Origin: Promethearchaeota archaeon
Lineage (GTDB): Archaea; Asgardarchaeota; Heimdallarchaeia; Hodarchaeales; Hodarchaeaceae
DNA: 64,000 nt
Direction of reading: 5' to 3'
Assembly: GCA_048938105.1 (NCBI GenBank)
Contig: JBHLMN010000013.1
Coordinates: forward strand, 121,059-185,058
The notes beneath the pieces were generated by a model, which was given only the letters and a program-made list of their open reading frames with translations, was not told the DNA's origin and did no database searches. Every line of letters begins with the position of its first letter. Position 1 is the stretch's first letter. Made by a program: the position numbers and the translations under genes. This document shows positions 1-8,743 of this stretch, piece after piece.

Positions 1-88
1 ACTATAAGATTGTCAGCAACTCATTTCTCAAGCTATAGATTTGAAAAACCTTTCAATGGACTAGTGAACTAATCAGGGATCATGTAAG

Positions 89-1255
89 CTATTGTAATAT
101 GTCTATCAATACTTCTTTCTTTAATTCAATTGGATTATACCCCATACTCGATGATTTCTTTGCTTTTTCGACAATAATCTGCACAATAGAATCAGTTAAG
201 GAAAACTCCGATAATGTTGGTACATTTAATTCTTTTGTTAAGCTTTTCAAATAGTCTACTAAAGCATCATGAGCATCAGTAATCGAGGGATATGTTTTTT
301 CAGAGACGATTTCCCCTAGTTTTGCATATTTTACAAGGGTTTTATTCTTTGGATCCATCATCGTTAATTGCTTAATATTTGCTTCTATTGTAGGGGCAAG
401 GAGAGCTGCACATATGACTCCATGAGGGATTTTTAATCCTCCCATTGGTGAAGCGAAACCATGTACAGCTCCTAAACCAGCGTTTGCTAAGCAGATTCCA
501 CTTAATAAAGATGCCAAGGCCATGTTCTCCCTTGCTTCTAGTGATTGACCATTTCTGTAACAGGTGAGAAGAAATTTTGAGGCCTTTTTAATTCCCAACA
601 GAGCCCAACTATCAGTTAGGGGTTGGGATTTGTTTGATGTATAAGCCTCAATCAATTGGGTTAAAGCATCCATTCCGCAAGTTGCAGTAACAGACTGGGG
701 AACTGTCAACATTAACCTCGGATCAACAATTGCAATTTTAGGAATTAAAAATGGGCTACGAATGCTAGCTTTAAATTCCTCCTGTTCTGCTAGGATTACT
801 GCGTTCTTTGTTACTTCACTTCCTGTTCCTGCAGTGGTTGGGACTGCTATAATTGGTAATGGAGGTTTAATAATTGTTGCTCCTTTTCCAATTACTTCCA
901 TATAATCTCGTGCTGAACCCCCATTTGTGTATAATCCCGCTATTGCTTTGCAAGCATCAATGGTACTACCTCCACCAATAGCTAAGAAGCAATCTGCCTT
1001 AAATTCTTTAGCTTTCTGTACACCTAAATCTATGGTTTCAATAGTTGGTTCCCCTCTAATTAAATAGGTCTCAAAACGTATTTCTTGTTTTACTATTGAA
1101 ACCGTGAAAGTTTCTCTTGTTTCAGGGGAGTTTAATGCACTTCCACTAGCAACCACAAATAATCGTGCTCCAAATTCTTTCACAAGAGTACCAATATTAT
1201 GAAACTGCTTAGGACCAAAAAATATACGAGGAGTAGGAAGAAACTCAAATTCCAT
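89..1255 (-). CDS. Iron-containing alcohol dehydrogenase
   Basis: GGGSTIDACK, PTTAGTGSE, GMDALTQLIE and GAVHGFA/PHG motifs of the Fe-ADH family. Confidence 0.93.
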   Translation of the reverse strand: MEFEFLPTPRIFFGPKQFHNIGTLVKEFGARLFVVASGSALNSPETRETFTVSIVKQEIRFETYLIRGEPTIETIDLGVQKAKEFKADCFLAIGGGSTIDACKAIAGLYTNGGSARDYMEVIGKGATIIKPPLPIIAVPTTAGTGSEVTKNAVILAEQEEFKASIRSPFLIPKIAIVDPRLMLTVPQSVTATCGMDALTQLIEAYTSNKSQPLTDSWALLGIKKASKFLLTCYRNGQSLEARENMALASLLSGICLANAGLGAVHGFASPMGGLKIPHGVICAALLAPTIEANIKQLTMMDPKNKTLVKYAKLGEIVSEKTYPSITDAHDALVDYLKSLTKELNVPTLSEFSLTDSIVQIIVEKAKKSSSMGYNPIELKKEVLIDILQ

Positions 1256-1264
1256 GGTTTTCCC

Positions 1265-1582
1265 CTATTTTGAAAGAAAAGCTGCTTCGGTCTCTGGGAA
1301 GAGATTCTTATGTTTGATACCTTCACGAGGCTTGGCCATCATTTCTTCAACAGTTTCTCGCCATTTTTGGTAATGAGTGGTGGTTTTATGATCATCCATA
1401 CCACTTTCATCCCGATAGACCTCATACAAAAAGAAACGATCTGGATCATCTAAACCTTGTAAAACATCAAATCTTAAGTTCTTAGGTTCTTTCCTTGTAT
1501 TTCTAGCATTCTCTAACGAAGCTTCTATGAACGCCTCTCGATATTCAGGCTTAACAAAGACACTAACACATGCAATAAACAC
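1265..1582 (-). CDS. ABM-domain protein (LsrG/putative quinol monooxygenase-like)
   Basis: 105 aa; EPKNLRFDV, FFLYEVY and HKTTTHY motifs; co-oriented with the ADH gene. Confidence 0.88.
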   Translation of the reverse strand: MFIACVSVFVKPEYREAFIEASLENARNTRKEPKNLRFDVLQGLDDPDRFFLYEVYRDESGMDDHKTTTHYQKWRETVEEMMAKPREGIKHKNLFPETEAAFLSK

Positions 1583-1751
1583 ATTCTAAACCTCCTAGAT
1601 GTATTAATGGAGAAAAGCTTAGGAGGTTTTTAAGAGGATTTCTGATCTTGAAGTTATTTTAAAATTATCCAAAATCTGAGTTTAGTGTGATCTCTCTCAT
1701 CGCTATCTTTCTTATAGGAGTAGTAAAAAGGGAGAAAGCTTGTAAAAGCTG

Positions 1752-2888
1752 TTAATCTTTGATTAGGAATTCATCTAATCGGTTTCTTGCTTTTTCTCGT
1801 TTTTTCCTATGATTTTCAAGGAATACATTGATTTTATCTATTAAAATGGCTTTCAATTCACCAGTGAGTAAATCTCCATTTCGATAATCTTCTTCTAATG
1901 TCTTTAGCTTTTTATCGTCCTCTTCAAAGAGGATCTTTAACCATTGAAAACTAACGTCAATGTCTGGATCGCCCCCTTTTTTCCGATGTTCCTCGATAGA
2001 TACTTGACCCCCAGAAAACGCATATTTAACAATCTTCTTTTCAACTGTTTTAGGGTCATCCGTCACATACACAGTTTGAGTGGGGTCAGAAGCAGACATC
2101 TTACCTTCAGGCCCGCCAAGAGCAGGAAGGAACGAACATTGAATACTGGCAGGTTTGTAAAATCCTAACCGTGGAAGAACATCTCGAGCCAATCTAAAAT
2201 GTGGATCTTGGTCTATTGCGTGTGGGATGAGGCAGGGCACATTTTTTCCCTGTCTGACGCTTTCCAAGACTGCAGGAACTGCTTGTATGCTTGTATAAAA
2301 TACGCTTCCAATATTAATGGAGTTATCGAATCCGAACGAAGCTTTAACTGTTGAATAAGTAATTTTCTTGGCAATGGGAAGAGCGATGTTATAGAACGTT
2401 TGAGCATTGTCTGTATCAATAATGATTTCAGTATTTTTAGGATCAAACCCTAAAGCAATCACATCACAAGCATTTTCGATTGCATAAGAGTAAGTATCTT
2501 CCTTACTCAATTTTTCTTCAAATAAAAACTTCTCATCATCAGTCAATTGGAAGATAAACTTAACATTGAATTTATCCTGTAACCATTTAGTAAAAATCCA
2601 AGGGACTAGATGCCCAATGTGAATACCTTCTGAGGGACCCCTACCAGTGTAAAGATGGAATTTATTTCCCTTTTCCCATTCATCTAGGATGAAATTCATG
2701 TCTCGGTGGGTAAAAAAGGTTCCACGACGTAACATGTAGTGTAACTCTCCAGTATGCTTTTTAATTCTTTCAAGGAGAGATTCATCTATCGGTTCTGTTC
2801 CAAATCGTTCCATTAGTTTGGTGTAGTCTACTTTACCATGAACTTCCCATGGTGTGACAACGAAATCATTTTCATTCTCTTTAGTCAT
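1752..2888 (-). CDS. trpS: Tryptophan--tRNA ligase, archaeal/eukaryotic type
   Basis: VTPWEV, YTGRGPS, HIGH, IDQDPHFR, KMSAS and AFSGG motifs. Confidence 0.97.
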   Translation of the reverse strand: MTKENENDFVVTPWEVHGKVDYTKLMERFGTEPIDESLLERIKKHTGELHYMLRRGTFFTHRDMNFILDEWEKGNKFHLYTGRGPSEGIHIGHLVPWIFTKWLQDKFNVKFIFQLTDDEKFLFEEKLSKEDTYSYAIENACDVIALGFDPKNTEIIIDTDNAQTFYNIALPIAKKITYSTVKASFGFDNSINIGSVFYTSIQAVPAVLESVRQGKNVPCLIPHAIDQDPHFRLARDVLPRLGFYKPASIQCSFLPALGGPEGKMSASDPTQTVYVTDDPKTVEKKIVKYAFSGGQVSIEEHRKKGGDPDIDVSFQWLKILFEEDDKKLKTLEEDYRNGDLLTGELKAILIDKINVFLENHRKKREKARNRLDEFLIKD

Positions 2889-3120
2889 CCTTTAGAAACT
2901 CCTGAGTTCTTGCATGGTTGATTTAGGGTAAAAAGGGCCCATTTTTTTTAATTTAGTATTGCTCATAAACAATTTATGAATAAAGGGATCTACAATAAAT
3001 GGTGTATTAATCTTCTTTGCACTTAAGCTGCAAAATCCTATCTTAGAAAAATGTCTTCGAAAGAAATAGTAAAACCTAAAGAGGATGCTCAACTTTATCC
3101 TTTTTGAATCAAGAAAAAGT

Positions 3121-3140
3121 GCTGGTGGTTGTCCACTAGC
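3121..3140 (-). terminator. Hairpin followed by a T-tract upstream of trpS
   Basis: Minus strand GCTAGTGG-ACAA-CCACCAGC (8-position stem with one mismatch on this strand, a G-T pair on the + strand), then ACTTTTTC. Confidence 0.3.
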
Positions 3141-3288
3141 GACAAATTCCATTGGTAGAGCATTCTCATCTCCAAGTGGTTGGTTTTATTTCGTATATTA
3201 AAATCTTGCCAATGGTGATAAATATGTTGATTGAAATGAAGGTGTGAGCTAGCAAATTGATGAGATTTGGGTATTTTGAGGGTATTTA

Positions 3289-3795
3289 ATGCCTCTAGGC
3301 CTTACTTTGTTACTGGATCCTGACGTTTCTCAATCAATGATCAAAGAACTTGACCAACATTTAATTGCTGTGTTTCCTATTAAAAACATTGAAGTTATTA
3401 AATCAGTTGAACTTCCTAGTTCGTGCTGGAATAGATCTCGAAAGCAGTTTGAAGCCAATTGCTTGTTAGCTTTTGCTAAATCTTTTAAAAGTATTGGAAT
3501 TGTAGTACTAATAATATCTAAAGATGCTTATGTATCAGGCCTGAATTTTGTCTTTGGGGTTGCATCTAGAGGTATAGGAGCTGTTGTTTCAAGCTGTAGA
3601 CTTGAGAATGATCCAGATTTTTTGAAAAAGGAAATAACTCATGAATTAGGGCATGTATTTGGATTAAGTCATTGTACGCTTCCTTGTGTCATGACTTTTT
3701 CAAACAGTGTTTGGGAAGCTAGAATCAAGAGTAATACATTCTGTGAAAGATGTCAGAAACAGCTAAAACAAGAGGTTCAAGAAGGATTTAAATAG
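3289..3795 (+). CDS. amzA: Archaemetzincin (peptidase M54)
   Basis: LNFVFGVA, HELGHVFGLSHC, CVMTFSNS and FCERC Cys4 zinc site. Confidence 0.92.
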   Translation: MPLGLTLLLDPDVSQSMIKELDQHLIAVFPIKNIEVIKSVELPSSCWNRSRKQFEANCLLAFAKSFKSIGIVVLIISKDAYVSGLNFVFGVASRGIGAVVSSCRLENDPDFLKKEITHELGHVFGLSHCTLPCVMTFSNSVWEARIKSNTFCERCQKQLKQEVQEGFK

Positions 3796-3834
3796 ATACT
3801 ATTTCTACAAGGAGAAAAAGAAAAGGGATATCCA

Positions 3835-4314
3835 ATGAAAGATCAAGAAGTGTTTAATGAAGTCTTAACCCAGGCCTATAAAAGAATGCATCGGTATACT
3901 TGTGCAGAAGCATCCCTGCAAGCTTTACTGACCCTATGGAATCTTCCTCTTGAAGATATTTCTTGGGCTACTGGAGGATATCTTGGAGCCATTCTCTCTG
4001 GAGAAACTACTTGTGGACTTCTAATTGGCAGTAGTATTGCTATTGGCTTTCACTGTGGTCAAGGGAAAAGAGAAATACCTGAAAAATGTGAAGAGGAGAG
4101 AAATATGGCTATTCAAGCAATAGGCGAATTATATACGGACTTCTTGGAAGAATTTGGATCTACTAAATGTAAGAAATTATGTAATGTAGATTTTAGAAAA
4201 GGAGAAGAAATCGCTCATTATTTAGCAACGAAAGGGTGGAAACAGACCTGTGATATATTTTTAGATTTTGTGATACGAAAATGTGTGTCAATGATGGAGG
4301 AAGGAAAAATCTAG
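3835..4314 (+). CDS. C_GCAxxG_C_C family redox protein
   Basis: TCAEA, ETTCGLLIG, FGSTKCKKL and C-terminal Cys pattern. Confidence 0.85.
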   Translation: MKDQEVFNEVLTQAYKRMHRYTCAEASLQALLTLWNLPLEDISWATGGYLGAILSGETTCGLLIGSSIAIGFHCGQGKREIPEKCEEERNMAIQAIGELYTDFLEEFGSTKCKKLCNVDFRKGEEIAHYLATKGWKQTCDIFLDFVIRKCVSMMEEGKI

Positions 4315-5060
4315 AATTTCTTAATAGCCTCTTCCAATTGTTTACGGGCTTCTGTAGAAAACCAGTGTTTTAAAAAGGATTGTTCTTTTTCTGTTAAGTA
4401 CTTCATTATTTGAGCTTCAACATTCTCAATCCTATTACGTTTGATCATCGTAAAAGCTTCTTGTGGTAATGAACCCAAGTATTTAGCTTTATCTACCGCT
4501 TCGTTTTGTACTTGCTTTAATGGAACTACTTTATCGACCATACCCATTTGAAGTAATTTTGCAGATGGATAGAAGTTCCCAGTATATGTTATCTCCTGAG
4601 CATTCCGCGCTCCTACAATCTGACGTAAAATGCAATCACCAGGATATGGAACAGGAACTCCAAGCTTGATTTCATTGAGTCCCATGAGTTTACGCCCTTC
4701 ACTTATGATTCGATAGTCACAACAAAGTGCTAAGATGCAACCACCCGCTATCGCATGTCCTGTGATTGCTGCAATTGTGGGTTTGGGAAAAAAGTATAAA
4801 TCTAAACAGAGACGATTGTATGATCGATAAAAAACCTTGAAATCCTCTAGAGAAAGCTTAATTAACTCTGGAATATCAAAACCAATGGCAAAAAATTTCT
4901 CATTTGAACTAGTAAGCACGATACTACGAATATCTGGATTTTGTTCTATTTTTTGAAGATTTGTGGTTAATTCATTGACCAAATCAAGATTTATTGCATT
5001 CGTGATTCCTCTATTTAATTTTAGTATCCCAACAGATTCAGAGACTTCTATAGTAATCAT
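4311..5060 (-). CDS. Enoyl-CoA hydratase/isomerase (delta-isomerase-like)
   Basis: FAIGFDI, AAITGHAIAGGC and MGLNEIKLG crotonase motifs. Confidence 0.92.
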   Translation of the reverse strand: MITIEVSESVGILKLNRGITNAINLDLVNELTTNLQKIEQNPDIRSIVLTSSNEKFFAIGFDIPELIKLSLEDFKVFYRSYNRLCLDLYFFPKPTIAAITGHAIAGGCILALCCDYRIISEGRKLMGLNEIKLGVPVPYPGDCILRQIVGARNAQEITYTGNFYPSAKLLQMGMVDKVVPLKQVQNEAVDKAKYLGSLPQEAFTMIKRNRIENVEAQIMKYLTEKEQSFLKHWFSTEARKQLEEAIKKF

Positions 5061-5239
5061 TTTCAGCTACCAACTCCTAGATATAGAATTTAAAAATCCA
5101 AGATTGGAATAACCTAAAAGATTCAATTTGAAAAACTGTTCGGTATAGGCACTTTTGAATCACTCTTTTTTGGAAAGACTTCAAGCAATATCTCTTTGAA
5201 ATAGAATTTCTGTTTCACCAAGGCTTTTAAAAAAACCAA

Positions 5240-6313
5240 TTATAAAGCAAAAGATAACTTTTGCTTATACCACGGATTTTCTGAAATAAAATTACCAAAT
5301 TTTTCCATTGACTCTGATAGTGAGACAGTATAATTGAAACCAGTACTTCTAATCTTACTATCATCTGCCCATATATCTTTTCCGAGTTTATCGAATAATA
5401 CTGGGATCAGAATTGAATTTTCTTTTGCCTTCTTTATTTTTCTAACACAGCGAGCCAAATAATACATTGGTTTGAATATAAATAATGGAATCGAAATAAT
5501 TGACAACTTTTGTTTTTGGAGAGCATGACCTAATTCTTGGACAACCTCACGAAGTGTCGGAGTGCAGCTAACAAGGTTATATACTTCTCCATTACCTTTT
5601 CGGAAATCGGAAAGAAAAACAATGGCACGTGCGACATCTTTAGTATCAACAAGGCTTATTTTATCCTTACCACCACGAGGTAAGGGAACTAAACGACCAA
5701 TGAACATTCTTGAGAACATATCTAATGTAGAACTAGAGCCACCAATTATTCCAGATGGACGGAGAATAGTTATCAATTTTTGAGGGTGTTTAAATTGATA
5801 TTCCCAAACAAGCTCTTCTCCAAGAGCTTTAGTGAGTTCATAACTCTTTTTCATATGTAAATCAATTGGTTGATTTTCTGTAATTCCCTGCTCATTAGTC
5901 CCATTCATCTGGCCATAAACAGCAATGGAGGAGAGATAAATCAGTTTCTTTATTTCATTCTGATGAAAAGCTTGAAGAACTCTCTCTGTTCCATTCACAT
6001 TAACATCATATAAGAGCTCATAGGGCTGCCATAAGTTGAATATTGCCCCACAGTGTATCAATACAGACGACTCGGGATCTGGTACTTGAGTAAATGCCAT
6101 TACATCTTGGTAGTTTCTCAAATCGCCAGAAAATATGTCAATCTTTTTTTCTTTACACCTTGCTAGAAATTCTTGTCTATGGTGATTTCCTTTTTTTTCA
6201 CGAATTAATAATCGTATTTTGGAAGGATTTTCAGCGTAAAATGTTTCACTAAGTAAATAACGAACAAGTGCTTGCCCAACTAAACCTGTACTACCTGTAA
6301 TCAATAATGTCAC
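5240..6313 (-). CDS. NAD-dependent epimerase/dehydratase (extended SDR)
   Basis: TGSTGLVG, NVNGT, SSIAVYG and YELTK (YxxxK) motifs. Confidence 0.9.
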   Translation of the reverse strand: MTLLITGSTGLVGQALVRYLLSETFYAENPSKIRLLIREKKGNHHRQEFLARCKEKKIDIFSGDLRNYQDVMAFTQVPDPESSVLIHCGAIFNLWQPYELLYDVNVNGTERVLQAFHQNEIKKLIYLSSIAVYGQMNGTNEQGITENQPIDLHMKKSYELTKALGEELVWEYQFKHPQKLITILRPSGIIGGSSSTLDMFSRMFIGRLVPLPRGGKDKISLVDTKDVARAIVFLSDFRKGNGEVYNLVSCTPTLREVVQELGHALQKQKLSIISIPLFIFKPMYYLARCVRKIKKAKENSILIPVLFDKLGKDIWADDSKIRSTGFNYTVSLSESMEKFGNFISENPWYKQKLSFAL

Positions 6314-6393
6314 TCATTAACCCTCACAATTCATATACATAATTTGAAGAGAGATATCAATAAAATAACCCAAAAAATATCAAGATATAATAA

Positions 6394-6894
6394 ATGGATA
6401 AATTTTCAGAGGAAAATAAAATGCATGGATCAACACCTAAAGGGAATAATAGATTGGTACAAGAAAACAAACAACTAATTATTTCTGTTAGAAGTGATCC
6501 TCTGTTAAGTCTGGTTATCTTTCAGTTCTTAATTTTTGGAATAATTGGGCTAGCAGGATTTGTGGGATGGTTGTTATCTCTAACTTATCAATTATCCGCC
6601 CCAGGTTATTTAAATTATATCGCAGATCATCTTGAACACTGGACGGCCAATTTTTCTTTGTGGGGAGTGCTAAGCTTATGTGTTGGGTTTTTAAGTTTTG
6701 GAGCGGCTATTTTAATCAGAAAAAATGACCTAATAGGAGCAAGTCTAGAATTATTTGCCTTTCTATTAGGTTTTGCAACAAATATGATCATTGCTCGTAA
6801 TCCCCCTGCTCATATTGCCGTAGGAGCCATCATTGGTTGGATTTTAATAATTCCCACTCTATTCTACTTAATTAGACTTAATAGAACTAGTTAA
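6394..6894 (+). CDS. Hypothetical 4-TM membrane protein
   Basis: Four hydrophobic segments; fills the gap between genes. Confidence 0.65.
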   Translation: MDKFSEENKMHGSTPKGNNRLVQENKQLIISVRSDPLLSLVIFQFLIFGIIGLAGFVGWLLSLTYQLSAPGYLNYIADHLEHWTANFSLWGVLSLCVGFLSFGAAILIRKNDLIGASLELFAFLLGFATNMIIARNPPAHIAVGAIIGWILIIPTLFYLIRLNRTS

Positions 6895-6951
6895 AGCTCA
6901 TAGTTTCTTAGAAAGAAATATCTTAAGAATTATCACATATATCTGTAAATC

Positions 6952-7983
6952 ATGTTTAATCCTGGAAATATCGGTTCTTTAAAGATACGGAATCGTTTTA
7001 TTCGCTCTGCTACAGCTGAATTCGTAGCAAACGATGAAAATGGTACAATAACTAAAGAATATCATTCTCTATACTCAAACCTTGCGTTGGGGGAAATAGG
7101 ACTTATAATTCAAGGACATCTTTATGTTATGGATGAGGGGAAAGCTCACACAAACATGGCTGGTATAGCGCATGATAACCAGATAGCTGGTTTGAAAGAA
7201 ATCACAAAGTTAGTTCATGAAGCAGACACAAGGAATCTGATCGGTGCGCAGTTGAACCATGGAGGTGCATATTCAGTAAGTACTAAAACTGCTTCACCTC
7301 GAGAGGACAAAGAAATCAAAGTCATGAGCGATGAGGACATTGAAAACGTAATTAAAGGCTTTCGAGAGGCTGCTTTGCGGGCAAAAAAAGCTGGGTATGA
7401 TGCGGTTCAAATTCATTCGGCTCATGGCTATTTATTAAGCCAGTTTCTTTCTAATAAAACAAATGAACGAACTGACTCCTGGGGTGGAAGTCTAGAAAAC
7501 AGAGCACAATTATTGTTATCAATATATCAGGCGATAAGATCAGCAGTTGGATCTAATTACCCAGTATTAGTGAAAATGAATGGTTCCGATGATCCTTTGG
7601 AGGGTTTCCCTGTAAATGAAAGTTCTAAAGTAGCGAGTTGGCTAGCTAACGAAGGACTTGATGCTATTGAGATAAGTGGAATGAAATCCACTCGTACAGT
7701 CAAACCAGAGAAAGAAGCATATTTTGCCTCTACAGCTAAAGGGATAAAACAACATATTAGTGACATGCCCCTTGCATTAGTTGGCGGACTTCGTTCTCTA
7801 GCCCAAATGCAAGAGCTTCGAAAGGATTTTGTGGACTTTATTTCCATGTGTCGTCCCTTTATAAGAGAACCTAACATTGTACAGAAGTTTAAAACAGGAA
7901 AAAAAAGAACTGATTGTATTTCCTGTAATCGATGCTATAAAGCACGAAATATTTCCAAATGCTTTGAAAAAGACAACATTTAA
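6952..7983 (+). CDS. NADH:flavin oxidoreductase (Old Yellow Enzyme family)
   Basis: NRFIRSAT, QLNHGG, HSAHGYLLSQFLS, WGGSLENR and CISCNRC motifs. Confidence 0.93.
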   Translation: MFNPGNIGSLKIRNRFIRSATAEFVANDENGTITKEYHSLYSNLALGEIGLIIQGHLYVMDEGKAHTNMAGIAHDNQIAGLKEITKLVHEADTRNLIGAQLNHGGAYSVSTKTASPREDKEIKVMSDEDIENVIKGFREAALRAKKAGYDAVQIHSAHGYLLSQFLSNKTNERTDSWGGSLENRAQLLLSIYQAIRSAVGSNYPVLVKMNGSDDPLEGFPVNESSKVASWLANEGLDAIEISGMKSTRTVKPEKEAYFASTAKGIKQHISDMPLALVGGLRSLAQMQELRKDFVDFISMCRPFIREPNIVQKFKTGKKRTDCISCNRCYKARNISKCFEKDNI

Positions 7984-8005
7984 TTAAATTCTAATCCATT
8001 TTTAC

Positions 8006-8665
8006 TTACATCAGTAAAATGATAGAACCTATTAAGACGAATAATAAACCACAAACTATGTCTATCTTGTCCCTCGGAATTCTAGTAGCTATTTTCTCAC
8101 CAGCATATACTCCTATCCCATTTACTAAAGATAAAGCAATCACGGCTCCAAATAAAACTCCCCAAGGATCAAATTGAGTAGCTAAACCAATTCCCATCAA
8201 CATTGTCTTGTCACCTAGTTCAGCTAAAAACATGAAAGTAAGTGAACTTATGAATCCTCCTTTCTGAATGACATTTTGTAAATAGATCTCGCAATGTTCC
8301 ATGTCTGGACAATTTTCATGAGGTTTATCGCATAGTTCTAGGTTTACAGGACATATTTTAATCTGTCTATCATTTTGCCTTCGGAATTGAATTAATAAGA
8401 AGATGATTCCGCCAAGTATGAAAAGAATACCAATAATTGGCTTTAAAAAGGAAACTTCAATGGTGTTTTTCATAACAATACCAATTGTTACAGCAATTAT
8501 TGTAACTCCTGATAAGCCCAATATAGCCCCAAAAAACACTTTTAATGGGCTTCGATATTTCATACTCAAAGCAAAAGCAGTTAACTGAGTTTTATCACCC
8601 ATTTCCATAATGAAAACGGTTGAAAAAGATAGTAAAAGTGCTTGAGCTATTTCAATCATAGTCAT
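8006..8665 (-). CDS. TMEM165/GDT1 (UPF0016) Ca2+/Mn2+ transporter
   Basis: Two E-x-G-D-K-T motifs (EMGDKT, ELGDKT) in a 2x3 TM arrangement. Confidence 0.92.
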   Translation of the reverse strand: MTMIEIAQALLLSFSTVFIMEMGDKTQLTAFALSMKYRSPLKVFFGAILGLSGVTIIAVTIGIVMKNTIEVSFLKPIIGILFILGGIIFLLIQFRRQNDRQIKICPVNLELCDKPHENCPDMEHCEIYLQNVIQKGGFISSLTFMFLAELGDKTMLMGIGLATQFDPWGVLFGAVIALSLVNGIGVYAGEKIATRIPRDKIDIVCGLLFVLIGSIILLM

Positions 8666-8743
8666 ATGGGTTAATTCCTAGAATAAACTTCAAGATGGAA
8701 ATCAAGACCACAACAATACTTATTTTGAAAAATTGATGATATA

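Noticed and set aside
1253-1267. ABM gene TAG is in frame with the ADH start three codons later (possible readthrough fusion)
   Set aside because: One-in-three chance by frame alone; the spacer contains a purine-rich RBS-like GGGG and both proteins are full length.
2892-3152. 86-aa ORF upstream of trpS
   Set aside because: Composition resembles translated AT-rich intergenic DNA and no motif is recognisable.
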